The notes under the pieces were generated by a model. It was not told the origin of the DNA and did not search any database. It saw only the letters and a list, made by a program, of their open reading frames with translations. A stretch of 64,000 nucleotides of DNA. It comes from Bdellovibrionota bacterium. GTDB lineage: Bacteria; Bdellovibrionota_G; JALEGL01; JAGRMV01. Below are positions 1 through 10,634 of this stretch, one piece after another (position 1 is the stretch's first letter; every line of letters starts with the position of its first letter). The stretch lies in contig JAWKOB010000007.1 in NCBI GenBank assembly GCA_041391405.1, forward strand, positions 845-64,844, in the 5' to 3' direction. A program made the position numbers and the translations under genes.

Positions 1-214
1 TCGCAACGCACCGACCAAGCTCATGAAAAATTTGGGGTATGGAAAAAATTATCAATATGCGCATGATGCCAAGGAAAAGACGACCAGCCTTCAATGCCTG
101 CCAGATAAACTCAAGGATCGTGTTTACTATCATCCCACGGATCAGGGACAAGAAGCCAAAATCGCAGAGCGATTGAATTACTGGAAATCCGTTCGTAAAA
201 AACTTGAGAAGTAA
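1..214 (+). CDS. rarA: Replication-associated recombination protein A (RarA/MgsA), C-terminal fragment entering from upstream of the window
   Basis: The frame is open from base 2. [22 protein letters not shown]...[17 protein letters not shown] resembles the conserved RarA C-terminal region. Stop TAA at 212-214. Confidence 0.8.
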   Translation, partial: RNAPTKLMKNLGYGKNYQYAHDAKEKTTSLQCLPDKLKDRVYYHPTDQGQEAKIAERLNYWKSVRKKLEK

Positions 215-700
215 CTATCTTTTTAATTTTTTCAAGAAGTGCGTGATGGCGTGAACGACAAGGCCCTCGCCTCCCAGCGCTCCCATTTTTTCTGGGCGTA
301 GCTTTGACACCGACTTGGCTCCGGATGAATATTCATCGTTTTGGCCAGAATGCTCGTCATTTGTTTGATGTGCGGACGAAGTTGATTTTCCGTCATGATG
401 GTTGAATCAATGTTTGAAATTTCCCATCCATTTTCGGCATGAACCATTTGGGTGATTGAGGTCAAAAAATTCCAAGCTGTTGCGATTTTTGTTTTCTTTC
501 GCGGTATCCGAAAAGTACACACCGATATCGCCTTTGGCAATCGCACCCAACAGCGCATCGCAAATGGCATGGGTCAAAGCATCGGCATCGGAATGTCCTT
601 GCAATCCATATTCATGCGGCACAGTAACGCCACCCAAAATCAAAAGACGGCCTTTCACAAATGGATGCGTGTCGATGCCCTGCCCGATTCTGAAATTCAT
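215..700 (-). CDS. ispF: 2-C-methyl-D-erythritol 2,4-cyclodiphosphate synthase IspF, with apparent frameshifts
   Basis: N-terminus [53 protein letters not shown]. The middle ([23 protein letters not shown]) and C-terminus ([25 protein letters not shown], stop at 215-217) lie in the two other frames. At least 2 indels are needed to join them. Confidence 0.8.
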
Positions 701-1385
701 TATCGAGATGTCTTTCGTGGAGAATCATTTCCGCCATGACCAAATCTTCCGGATAGGTGATTTTGATGTTGGTGGTTTTGCCTTGAATCACACATACGCT
801 GGCGCTAAAATGTTCGGCGATTTGCGCATCGTCGGTGGCTTCTTGAAATGATCGGCTTTGGCCTTATCATAGCTTTTTGATCAATTCATATTTGAATACT
901 TGTGGTGTTTGCATACCCCAAAGATGTTCGCGCGGTTGCGTGCTCACAATCCTTTCACCATCGACTTTTTCAACAGTATCGCGAATCGGAAGAGCGCAAT
1001 GGCTCCTTCCCAACCGTTCACGCATTTCTGAATGGTGCTCGTGATTTCACTTGGTGTGATGAGGCAGCGAGCTGCAATGACGACCACAAAATCTGATTAT
1101 TTTCAAGGCCAGAATTCCGGCATGAACCGAATATTGACGAGTAGATCCTCCCACCACGATGGCTTGGATTTTTTTCCGAATCCGTGTTTTTCGCATTTTC
1201 AAAAAATGCGATTTCCGTTTCCGGAAGAACAACCACGATTCCAGTGATCATTGGATGTTGATCAAACGCCTCGATCGTATGTTCGATGAGCATTTTGCCC
1301 AAGACCGGAATGAATTGTTTCGGACGTGTGTGGCACCGAAGCGAACTCCAGTTCCCCCTGCTGTGATGACTTCGCTGTTGTTAAG
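699..1385 (-). CDS. ispD: 2-C-methyl-D-erythritol 4-phosphate cytidylyltransferase IspD, with multiple apparent frameshifts
   Basis: Fragments [41 protein letters not shown] and [14 protein letters not shown] are spread over three minus-strand frames. A TAATG stop/start overlap with ispF lies near 700. The start is not resolved. Confidence 0.65.
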
Positions 1386-1387
1386 GA

Positions 1388-1927
1388 TTACACCGTTGGT
1401 GGTGGGTCGGGAAACGAAAAACAAGATGTTGATCTTTTTTCGATCTCTTCTTCATTGGTCGATTTTGCGATTGCGAGCTCTTTCACCAATAGACTTGGCT
1501 GTATCAAGCATTTTGCGTTGCCGAAAGAAAGGGTTTTTGTTTTTTTTTCTAAAACATAAAGGTCGCGCATCACTTGTGCAATTTCATAAACCGAACCGCT
1601 TGATTTTTTCCATGTACTCGCGATAGCGGCGGTTCCATGTCGTTGTGTTTGATCGCCATTTGATTCGAAAATTTCGGAAAACCTTGCTGACTTGGTGATG
1701 GGAAATGATTTTGAAGACCTGCGTTGGCGATAAGAAGGAATCATCACCGTCATGTCTGTATCGAGAATGCGCATCACATAGAAAGAGAGAATCGTTCCTG
1801 AAATTTCTTTATTGTCGATACGTTCGATGATGCCCACACCATGCGCCGGATAAACGGCTTTATCGCCGATTTCAAAGGTCGTTTTGCTGGTGCTGCGCAT
1901 TTGAGGTGCTTTCTTCTTTTTTTTCAA
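1388..1927 (-). CDS. carD: CarD/CdnL-family RNA-polymerase-binding transcription factor, with probable internal frameshifts
   Basis: FEIGDKAVYPAHGVGIIERIDNKEISGTILSFYVMRILDTDMTVMIP matches the CarD N-terminal (TRCF-RID-like) domain. The C-terminal part includes SVYEIAQVMRDLYVLEKK. The carD-ispD-ispF order is a widely conserved arrangement. A possible Lys-rich N-terminal extension from ATG at 2028 lies in another frame. Confidence 0.75.
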   Translation of the reverse strand: MKKKKKAPQMRSTSKTTFEIGDKAVYPAHGVGIIERIDNKEISGTILSFYVMRILDTDMTVMIPSYRQRRSSKSFPITKSARFSEIFESNGDQTQRHGTAAIASTWKKSSGSVYEIAQVMRDLYVLEKKTKTLSFGNAKCLIQPSLLVKELAIAKSTNEEEIEKRSTSCFSFPDPPPTV

Positions 1928-2461
1928 AGAAGGATTTTACTCTTTTTTTCGGGCTTTACGGCCGACTTCGCAGGCGGTGTTTTCTTTTTTGTGCTGTCAT
2001 CGCTCTGATTTTTTTGAAGTAAAGTCATACCAGAATTTACTCCTCCCCGTACATAAACCTGTCTGCTCGGTTGATTTTTGAGTCGGATTTTGGTTGATAA
2101 CCACCTTTTAAAACAAGCGCAAAACGAGCTTCGTTTTGATTATAAATATTTAATATTATTAATAAATTTAACTTTATCCACAGCTGTAGATAAAGTCGCA
2201 AATATAGGGTACCCATATGCGGCTGTCACTCTTCTATTCTTGTTTTTTCAAGTTTTAGACAGTAGCTGGTGGTCAAAACCATCTTCGTTGATGTTGATGT
2301 TTTGCTGGCTGAAATATTTTAAATATTCTTCTAACCACTGATCCGGCCACGGCCAAATCCTATCTTTGCAGTCATTTCCATGATCTTCAACTGCCAGGTA
2401 ATTCTCTCGCTATCAATCCATCATGAATGGTGATGCGGATTCCCTCTTCTTTTACATCTGA

Positions 2462-2674
2462 TTAAGCTGAATATGGGGTACCTTTATTTTCGAAGTGTTC
2501 GATTTCTACAGGTTCAAAACGCTTCAAATCAGGATTTGAAGCACGAAGCATCTTTTGTTTGACTGTTGTTGGCGCTTTGAATTCATAGCCTTCAAGTTGA
2601 TAGTCAGGCACATGTTCCTGGGCGAATGATAATGCCGGAACAATAAGGAATAACATACCGATCACATGTTTCAT
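2462..2674 (-). CDS. Small secreted hypothetical protein (70 aa)
   Basis: N-terminal signal peptide MKHVIGMLFLIVPALSFAQE. No recognisable domain. Confidence 0.5.
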   Translation of the reverse strand: MKHVIGMLFLIVPALSFAQEHVPDYQLEGYEFKAPTTVKQKMLRASNPDLKRFEPVEIEHFENKGTPYSA

Positions 2675-2883
2675 GAAGTCCCCCCTAAATTACCCTATCA
2701 TTTTTAGTACATTCTGCGTTGCGGCACAAGAAAAAAGATGCTGCTACGACCTCCCCTCTATCGACCCTGTGGACAAATGTATAAACTACGTAAAATTTTA
2801 ATATAAACCATTGATATTCAAGCAATAATTTCTGTCCACACCTGTGAATTACCTTATCATATATGGCAACATATGTTGGCCAC

Positions 2884-3870
2884 TTATTGGTTTCTGTGAA
2901 AACTTTCCAGGTAGTCCAGATAGGTGTCGGCGATGGAAATTTTAAAATGATGGTCAAGTTCTACAAAACCCGTTGCACTGGTGATGTTGATTTCTGTCAC
3001 ATCATCGCCAATGAGGTCCAATCCAACAAAATGCATTCCATGTTGAATGAAAAATGGCTTCAAGGAATCCACGATTTTCTTTTCGTGGGATGTAAGTTTT
3101 CCAAAATTCGCTGAAGCGCCGGCCGCTAAATTTCCGCGATGATCTGTTTTGGATGGTTTGCGAATCAAAACATGGGGGACGGCTTCACCGCCAATCACGA
3201 TGATCCGTCGATCACCTTTGGAAATTTCAGGAAGATATTTTTGAAGCACGATGGTTTTGGTGAAGTTGTTGGTGAGCGTTTCCAAAATCACGGCTTTGTT
3301 GAGATCTTTGTGATCAATCACGAAGACGCCGCGCCCACCCATTAAATCCATGGGTTTGGCAACGATCTTGCGATGTTTATCAATAAATTCCATCATTTTT
3401 TCTCGGTTGCGTGTGAACAGAGAAGGGGGCATGAATTCAGAAACGTAATTGATCAAAAATTTTTCATTGAAGGAGCGCAGACTTTCAGGACGATTGCTGA
3501 TGATCGTTTTATTTTGATCGACCAAGTCCAAAATCGAAGTCGCAAAAATATACTCGATGTCATACGGCGGATCTTTGCGCATTAATATGAAGTCGAGTGA
3601 ATTGAGTGGTTTTTTCGAACGAGAATGAACCTTGAAATAGGGCGTTTTTTTGCGGTCCATGGTGATATTTTCCATCATGGCCATAGGCTGGGCACCTTCG
3701 ACAAACAAATCATCCAAAGTCATGGCATATACATCCCAACCGCGGTTCTGAGCGGCTTCAATCATGGATAGGGTAGAATCTTTTTTGACGTTCAACGTGG
3801 GAAGAGGGTCGAGAATGACGCCCATGGATCGCTTTTTCATGGTCAAAATGTAACCCGGAACCCCATCCAT
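2884..3870 (-). CDS. gshB: Glutathione synthetase (prokaryotic ATP-grasp type)
   Basis: MGVILDPLPTLNVKKDSTLSMIEAAQNRGW..., MRKDPPYDIEYIFATSILDL, and an ATP-grasp C-terminal half (RRIIVIGGEAVPHVLIR, GLDLIGD). The true start is probably an internal Met (MKKRSMGVILDP, near 3840). Confidence 0.85.
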   Translation of the reverse strand: MDGVPGYILTMKKRSMGVILDPLPTLNVKKDSTLSMIEAAQNRGWDVYAMTLDDLFVEGAQPMAMMENITMDRKKTPYFKVHSRSKKPLNSLDFILMRKDPPYDIEYIFATSILDLVDQNKTIISNRPESLRSFNEKFLINYVSEFMPPSLFTRNREKMMEFIDKHRKIVAKPMDLMGGRGVFVIDHKDLNKAVILETLTNNFTKTIVLQKYLPEISKGDRRIIVIGGEAVPHVLIRKPSKTDHRGNLAAGASANFGKLTSHEKKIVDSLKPFFIQHGMHFVGLDLIGDDVTEINITSATGFVELDHHFKISIADTYLDYLESFHRNQ

Positions 3871-3941
3871 GGATAGACTTTATTGTGTGAAAATAGTGAG
3901 TTGACACGCCTTAAAATCAATATATATTCCGGGCTCATTGT

Positions 3942-4016
3942 TCCCCGGTAGCTCAGTGGTAGAGCAATTGGCTGTTAACCAATGGGTCGGCGGTTCGAGC
4001 CCGTCCCGGGGAGCCA
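3942..4016 (+). tRNA. tRNA-Asn (anticodon GTT)
   Basis: Cloverleaf: acceptor TCCCCGG/CCGGGGA, D-arm GCTCAGTGGTAGAGC, anticodon loop CTGTTAA, T-arm GGTTCGAGCCC, encoded 3' CCA. Confidence 0.95.
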
Positions 4017-4150
4017 TTCTAATCGTTAGCTTTTAAGGATTAAGGCTTAGCCCTTACTAATGATTAACCATCAAGCCTTAACGCCAATCCTTCCAATCTT
4101 TATTCTCTCATCAAATTGAAATCCATTTAAATCTATGAAAGGGTGGCCGT

Positions 4151-4789
4151 ATGAAAAAAACCACCTTACTGCTGCTCATATTATTCATGGCAACGCCACT
4201 TGCGTTCGCGGGTGACTCCAAAAAATCCAAAAAGGAACTCGCGGAAGAGCAAAAACAACTCAACCACGGCTATTCATTGCTATACCAAGCCTCCAAGGGT
4301 TTTCAAAAGCTCAATACATTGGTCGCCTTGAAAAAAGAGAACCAATCCGTCCACGACTACGTAAAAGATCTGACCGGAACTATGGAAAAAATTCAGGCCC
4401 AACTGGATGAATATAAAAAAACGTATCCCAACCTGAATTTTGAAGATACGGGCAAACCGTGGGTGATGGAAATCAAAAGCAAAGACCAAAAAGACGACCG
4501 GGTAAGTGAATTTTTCCCTATATTCGGGAAAACTGGGGACGAATTTGAGCGATCGTTGATGCTATTCGTTTCCTTTTCGCTCAATGAGCTCAAATACATC
4601 GTTCAAGCCCTTGTGGATCTTGAAAAAAATGAATCCTTGAACCAATTTAACAGAGAAACATTCAATCAGTTGTTGCGTTTGGAAGATGGTTCCTTGAAAT
4701 TGTTGAACCAACGATATTTCAAGAAAAATTATTACAAACCGCAGACCGAAGATAAAAAGGAAATTAAGAACAAAGCTGACGATCAATGA
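4151..4789 (+). CDS. Secreted hypothetical protein, Lys/Glu-rich helical
   Basis: Signal peptide MKKTTLLLLILFMATPLAFAG. Intact 212 aa ORF. No confident family assignment. Confidence 0.55.
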   Translation: MKKTTLLLLILFMATPLAFAGDSKKSKKELAEEQKQLNHGYSLLYQASKGFQKLNTLVALKKENQSVHDYVKDLTGTMEKIQAQLDEYKKTYPNLNFEDTGKPWVMEIKSKDQKDDRVSEFFPIFGKTGDEFERSLMLFVSFSLNELKYIVQALVDLEKNESLNQFNRETFNQLLRLEDGSLKLLNQRYFKKNYYKPQTEDKKEIKNKADDQ

Positions 4790-5591
4790 AATCAAGTATT
4801 TCCGGACGATATTTTCCTTTGGACACATTGCCGATGCTGGTGTGTTCCGGTTCTTCTATGAGCTTCAAACACTTTGTTTCGACCTCAAGTTTGTCATAAA
4901 TTTTCTGACTTTGTCGGTAAGGAATGATCGGATCTTGTTTGCTGTGCAAAAGTAAAACAGGAATATTCGGAAAGTCCTTGGCGATTTTTTTGAAATTGTA
5001 TTTGTGAGACACCAAAACATGGCCCATGGGTTGAAGCAACCATGTCAACCAATGTCTGGATAAAACCTCGGCTGAAACTTGATTGAGAGAGTAAATCGCT
5101 CCTTCCAAAATTAGTTCATTCACTTTCACCTGGGTATGCCGAACCGTATTGGCTGCGATCACGCTTCCCAAACTCTGTCCGTAAACAATTAATTTGGTTT
5201 CAGCCGGATAAAGTCCGCGAACAAATTCCAATATTTTGAAGCTATCGCTGACAACCTCAGGAAAGCTTGGAACCCCTGTAGACTGGCCATATCCACGATA
5301 ATCAAACGTCACTAAATCATAGCCATGATTGATCAGCCATGCGATCGATACATAATGAGACGACATATTTTCCGCATTGCCATGAAATTGCACCACAACA
5401 CCTTTGCGGTCTTGTTTGGTTTTGAATCTCCATGTATGCAAGGAAACTTTGTCATTGATCAAAATACGGTATTCATCCGGCACCATCCCCACGGCTTGTT
5501 GCGGTGAAAAATAAAACTGCTTTGATGGTTGAAAAACCACAGCCGTACATGAACTCAAAAAAATAATCGTAATGATTAAAACTTTTTCCAT
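4764..5591 (-). CDS. Alpha/beta-fold hydrolase (serine aminopeptidase S33-like)
   Basis: HGNAENMSSH...FDYRGYGQSTG, nucleophile elbow GQSLGS, N-terminal signal/lipoprotein-like segment IIFLSSC. Confidence 0.8.
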   Translation of the reverse strand: MEKVLIITIIFLSSCTAVVFQPSKQFYFSPQQAVGMVPDEYRILINDKVSLHTWRFKTKQDRKGVVVQFHGNAENMSSHYVSIAWLINHGYDLVTFDYRGYGQSTGVPSFPEVVSDSFKILEFVRGLYPAETKLIVYGQSLGSVIAANTVRHTQVKVNELILEGAIYSLNQVSAEVLSRHWLTWLLQPMGHVLVSHKYNFKKIAKDFPNIPVLLLHSKQDPIIPYRQSQKIYDKLEVETKCLKLIEEPEHTSIGNVSKGKYRPEILDFIDRQLCS

Positions 5592-7404
5592 TAGAAATAA
5601 TAAAGCAGGCTTCCGCCATACTCTCTAAATCCTTTATATTGATTTGCCCAGCTGCGCAAACTCACCCGCTTACTCAAGTCCAGCGCGCTTTCCAGCGTTC
5701 CTCTGTATATGAAATTGGGTTCACCCCACGGTGAATACCGAACATTGCCCACCAGCTGCAGTCGAAAATCTTTGCCGATATCCAGCAACTATCATGGACG
5801 TACCCGATGGTCCAATTTGATAATTTGTGGCATTCCATGACAGTAGCTTGAAAAAACGCGTTGGCGAACGTAGTGAAATAAAATCTCCGCGCATTTGAAT
5901 TTCCCAATGTGAATCCGGCACCACCTTCAACATACATAGCGCCGCAATTGAAACACGCATTGGAATAATTCTTCTCCAGCCAAAACCAATGTTCCAAGAC
6001 TGTTTGGTAAGATATTTTTTCACGGGAGATATGGAAACCACCTCGATAATTTTCAAATGCTCCAAATCCACATCGCCATTATCAGTGGAAACGCGAATAC
6101 GACCTTCCATACCCTGAATCTGCGCAGCAGGATCAAAACCGCAGGATTATCCAAAAAGATCATGATAGGCGCCTCGAAAAATCCAAATGCAGCAAAGTTA
6201 CCGCCCGCTAATCTAGACCCAGCCCCATACGCATGGACGGATGGCTTTTGAGTGGATTTTCTGGGCGTTCAATCTCAGGTTCAGCTGCCGGTATAGAAAC
6301 TTCACTTCTTCACAAGGAGCTGTTTTTGAAATTCCGTTTTGGTGTTTTGTTTTTCTTTCATCGCTTCAAAATCGATCATGGAATCATAAACTTTGGCTTT
6401 TGATTCATCGCTCAAATCATTTCCAAAAGCTTCTAGATTCTTGCTTTTTTGTATAGATCATGAAAAGCTCTTTGCTCTTTGGAGTTCAAAAAAACCATAT
6501 TTTTTCATACTGCCTACGTAGCGAAGGTCGATAATCCGTGTCTCCGATCCATTTTGTATGATCGGAAACCACTTTCAAGGTGTCGACCGGAATCGTGAAA
6601 ACGGCAAATGCTTTCGAAGCAAGGTTGAATCATCAACTATCAACAAAGCCAGCAAAAAGTAAGAGCAATTTTCGTCTCCAAAGAAATAATTGAAATGGGT
6701 AGAGCCCATTTCCCACAAGTGAAGGATGACTTTATAGTTGTTCTTCATTTAAGTCCAAATTGTATTCCCAGATATCCCTCGACTCCCAATTGCTGTATTG
6801 GATTTTTTGATAATACGGAAAAGTTGAGAATTGCCCGATACGCGCCAAATAAGCCTTTGATCGTATAAAGCATTCCTTTACTTCCCGTTTCAGCGGCGAA
6901 GTTCACCGTGTAGCTCAAAAGTGGCGGCATTTCCTGTCCATTTTGAACCCGTTTCACACGCAGAAATGTGTGACCAAACATCGAAGCTGGATTGTTGGTA
7001 TAGCTGCTTGCGAAAATTAAACTTATATCCGTAGCACCCAACCGCTGTTTCCAAGAATCGAAAATCAGCATTCAGTTTTTTGATTCGAGATTCAATTTTG
7101 ATTTGAGCCACTCATATCGCAGCGGGAATTTGCATGCTGGATGATCATTGATTTTTATATTCTTTTCGCACCAATAGCAATTCGATGTTTTTCAATAGCT
7201 CGATTCTGGATTTTCCTTTTCCCGTCGGGTGCGAGGAAAAAGTGGATACCATCGGCTTGGCTTTCATATCCACGCCATGTTTTCTCATAGTGAAGAAGTT
7301 TGTGCCAGTAAGGATCGGAAGCGAGTTTTGGATCAGCTGTATAGCCTGGAGAAGAAAAAGAAAAAAGCGCACTGGCCAGACAGACAAGTGCGCTTTTTTC
7401 TCAT
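5591..7404 (-). pseudogene. DUF4105 (Lnb N-terminal periplasmic domain) family protein, heavily frameshifted
   Basis: Fragments lie in all three minus frames. These include the signal peptide MRKK(K)SALVCLASALFSFSS, then DPYWHKLLHYEKTWRGYESQADGIHFFLAPDG and SYTNNPASMFGHTFLRV...KGLFGAYRAI. The C-terminus ends GGSLLYYF. Confidence 0.6.
7361..7399. terminator. Perfect 12 bp inverted repeat flanked by A/T runs (bidirectional terminator-like hairpin)
   Basis: AAAAAAGCGCAC (7361-7372), a 15 nt loop, then GTGCGCTTTTTT (7388-7399). It starts 13 nt downstream of the DUF3015 gene stop on the minus strand. It overlaps the putative signal-peptide codons of the next gene. Confidence 0.5.
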
Positions 7405-7411
7405 AAGACAA

Positions 7412-7928
7412 TTAACGAAGAGCTACGGTTTTGCAGTCCTTGTAGAAAGTGCAGAATCTTTGATCGTGGTTTTCGTCACGCTGTTCGCGACCCAACAACC
7501 AGAGCCATTGTTGGCAGCCGCTGAGATGTTCTGTAGTTGGATTGAAGACCTTGCTCAAAACTTTGGAATCAGAGCAACCCAAAAGATTGGAGAAGCTTGC
7601 CAAGTGTTTCTGCCTCCTTTGCCTGGGAAATTTCTTTTGAAGAACGTCATAGTTCACTTCAACAAACATTTCGGTTTCTTTTTCGATTTTGGGCCAAACC
7701 GCCAGCTGTACAGCTGGATGTTCCAGAAGAAAATACCGAAGGTTTGTACCGGAATGTTCCGTTGGTTGTTGCAGCAAGTACTTGGTTGATTTTGGTGTTT
7801 TCACCGAAAGCCATGCTACCCAAACCGCAACCAGCCATACCGTAGTGTCCGGTTCCTTGAAGACCATTTTGTGCAAATGCAGATACGCAGATCAAAGATA
7901 CTGCGAAAAAAGCTACCAAATTTTTCAT
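7412..7928 (-). CDS. Secreted DUF3015-like protein, apparent frameshift
   Basis: Signal peptide MKNLVAFFAVSLICVSAFA followed by GMAGCGLGSMAFGENTKINQVLAATTNGT. The C-terminal half continues in the frame of ORF 7412..7876. The family assignment is from memory of the GCGLGS...LAATTNGT signature. Confidence 0.5.
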
Positions 7929-8019
7929 GTTGAATCCTTTGTGTGAGGTTAAAAATTAACTCGTTGGAAAAAGGTATATTGAAGAGTTTGGTTTGAAAAG
8001 AAAAATTGATATGAATTAA

Positions 8020-8701
8020 ACTCTAATAATACCCTCTACGACGCTTGAAAAATCCATACACGAATCACCGAATGCACTCATTGTGCGCGGTTGACAGCAT
8101 GGTGTAAAAAATCGCGAAAGAAAAGCGAAAATCTTTTATGAACGAGACCTATTGGGGCAAGCCTGTGCCTGCCTTTGGGGATCCAAACGCGCAAATTTTG
8201 ATTTTAGGGCTGGCTCCAGCTGCCCATGGAGCAATCGCACCGGAAGGATGTTCACAGGGGATAATTCGGGATTGTGGCTTTATCGTGCACTCTATGAAAA
8301 TCAACTGTCGAATTTACCTCCGAATCGATACACAAGACAGATTCATTAAAATTGTCTAATGCATATATTACGGCCACGGTTCATTGCGCGCCACTGATAA
8401 CAAACCCACGACGGATGAAATTCAAACCTGCATGAATTGCGTGAAGAATTGGATATGATGAAAAGGTAAAAGTGATCATCGCACTAGATCGATCGCATGG
8501 AATGCATTTTTTCAAATTGCGAAAGAAAGCAGATTGATACAAAAGAAGGAAAAATTGGACACGGTGTTGTCATAAATATCGGGCCTTATAAATTACACTG
8601 GTTCGTATCACCCAAGTCAGCAAAATACATTCACCAAACGTCTGACGCATGAAATGTTCGACTCGATATTTAAAAGCAAATCACTTTTGTTCACCAAATA
8701 A
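8020..8701 (+). pseudogene. Uracil-DNA glycosylase superfamily (family 4/5 type), multiply frameshifted
   Basis: ECTHCARL, then [27 protein letters not shown] and [20 protein letters not shown], lie in different frames. Later fragments run to TAA at 8699-8701. The start coordinate is approximate. Confidence 0.6.
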
Positions 8702-8702
8702 A

Positions 8703-8727
8703 AAAAGGCTCCGGAAGAGCCCCTTTA
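8703..8727. terminator. Short bidirectional terminator-like hairpin between convergent genes
   Basis: AAAAAAGGCTC-CGGAA-GAGCCCCTTT. The stem is 5 bp, flanked by an A-run and a T-rich tract. Confidence 0.35.
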
Positions 8728-8750
8728 AACTTCACTATCTAAGTTATAGC

Positions 8751-9267
8751 TTAGAAGTAGTAGTGTGCGCCAGCTAAATACAGCACCAACGCCACCGTTC
8801 GTTCCGAAGTTCCAGGTTTTTGCACCTTGGGTAGCGTAGTTGAAGGTAGCACCATTTCATGAGAACGCAACTGTTGAGTGTTAGCTGAAGCTGAATTCAA
8901 ATCCCAATGGGATGTTGAAAGAAAGGGAGTCGTCACCAACAGCACCAATTGGGCCAGTTGTAGCTGTACCTTGGTAGTTGTAAGCGATACCTAGACCAGT
9001 GTAGAAGTCAGAGTTTTCTGCTTCAGAAAGGTCATAAAGAAGACGAGCACCAAAAGAAGCGTTGGTGTTTGCAGATCCGCCTTTAGCGAAACCGAAACCA
9101 ACTGTTCCTTGAAGTGTGGTGTTGGATGACAAGCCGTATTTTACGGACCAGTCGCCAGCGCCAGCGAAAGACGTTTGATAACCCAATGCAAGTGCACCTG
9201 TTCTGTCAGTAGCGTTTGCAACTACTGCAAAAGTAAGAACTGCAAATGCAGCCAATAGTTTTTTCAT
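8751..9267 (-). CDS. Small outer-membrane beta-barrel protein, apparent frameshift
   Basis: Signal peptide MKKLLAAFAVLTFAVVANA, alternating Gly/aromatic beta-strand pattern. The C-terminal fragment in a second frame ends LAGAHYYF (terminal aromatic OMP signature). Confidence 0.6.
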
Positions 9268-9736
9268 TATAATCCTCCAAAATTTCTGGTTGAATACTAA
9301 CTAACTTAACTAACTCAAATACCAAGGGAATTTCTTCCCCTAACTCCAGAAACTAAACCAGTTCTCATTTCATTTGTAAAGAAAACGCAAAAAATTTCAA
9401 AGGGGTCACAGATAACTTCTCAATCCTTTTTCCAGGGGAGAAACTCAATGGAAAATCTTTTTCAACCTTTTTCGTGAGCTTTCAGAAATCTCAACATTCA
9501 TCGTAATGAAGTCCAGGAGCGGCTCTGGTGGACGATTGATCCTGAACTTTTTCAAGAATTGAAAATAAAATCGCAGCCAAGAATTTGGGTATAGAACGTA
9601 CAATTTTCGCTTGTTTAGAATTCGCGCAACCGTATGTAAAATTTGTCATGGTGAGGATTCAGGCCCCCCAATTCAAAAACTTGATTGAAGGCTATTGGAA
9701 ATTGAACCGATTAGTCGGCAATATTGGCCACGTCTA

Positions 9737-10303
9737 CTATATGTATCGGCTGGATACGGATAGCCTCTTCCAAGAATGAATACGACGGGTGAATATTTCA
9801 CCATTGGAATCATTCGATTCAAAACTTTCCATGATCACCTTTTCCATAAATCCATGACGGTCGAAAGATCGTGGTAATTGGATTCCGGAATTCCTGATTG
9901 ATTTTTCTGCGCGAAGTTTTGCAACAAACCAATTTTCTGTTTTTCCTTCTTCGACCCCAGCACCGCTAATATAAAGGATTTGCGAGATGTTCATTTTTTT
10001 GGAAGCTGCAACTACATTTTCGGTTCCTTCAGCATCTACTTTTTCATATGTGAGATTTTTTTTTGGATTTTCAAAAGGTGCATTGTTGAATTGAGCCGCA
10101 TTGATGACGACATCACAATTTTCCATCGCATGTTCCAAATCCGAAACGCTGGAGATATCTCCCTGAACATAGTGAACACCAGCAATCGGATTTTTGGGAT
10201 GGGCAGATCGTGTTAGGACTTTGACTTGATGTTGATCAGTCAGTTTTTTGGCAATCGCCGATCCAACAAATCCTGTACCGCCACAAATCAAGATATTGGC
10301 CAT
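9737..10303 (-). CDS. NAD(P)H-binding Rossmann protein (NmrA / complex I NDUFA9-like SDR), C-terminus frameshifted
   Basis: MANILICGGTGFVGSAIAKKL...DVVINAAQ. The frame is lost near 9870. A likely continuation runs to a stop near 9445. Confidence 0.65.
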   Translation of the reverse strand: MANILICGGTGFVGSAIAKKLTDQHQVKVLTRSAHPKNPIAGVHYVQGDISSVSDLEHAMENCDVVINAAQFNNAPFENPKKNLTYEKVDAEGTENVVAASKKMNISQILYISGAGVEEGKTENWFVAKLRAEKSIRNSGIQLPRSFDRHGFMEKVIMESFESNDSNGEIFTRRIHSWKRLSVSSRYI

Positions 10304-10634
10304 ATGGATTTTCATACCATTTTTCAGGGCATTGGCTAGAAATATCATATATAAGTCATTGAAATAAAAGGGATGATTTTAAATGACGCGATACGTATAA
10401 ATGTGGTATGTATGGGGTCGGAATTTCATCATGCTGCTGAAATCATCACGAATTTTCATCCTGAGCTTATTGTTGATTCAAGCGGTGGGTGCTCCAAAAA
10501 AGCCAAGATTGAAGGTGAGACACTCACCTGGCCCGACCATCAAAGCACCAACACCACCACCACACAACCAGCATTGATTTTCCCTCCACCGAAGTTTCTT
10601 TGGTTTCATCGAAGTTGCCGAAAAAAGTTATGTA

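Noticed and set aside
3942-9300. Genomic island integrated at tRNA-Asn (a tRNA followed by many broken genes)
   Set aside because: There is no integrase, no direct repeat of the tRNA 3' end, and no phage or mobile genes. The broken genes are ordinary housekeeping or envelope genes.
10575-10577. Possible TGA reassignment (code 4 or 25) suggested by an in-frame TGA in the S41 gene
   Set aside because: TGA functions as the stop of well-defined genes here (for example mnmG at 55908-55910 and parA at 56823-56825). Other genes have no in-frame TGAs that need recoding.
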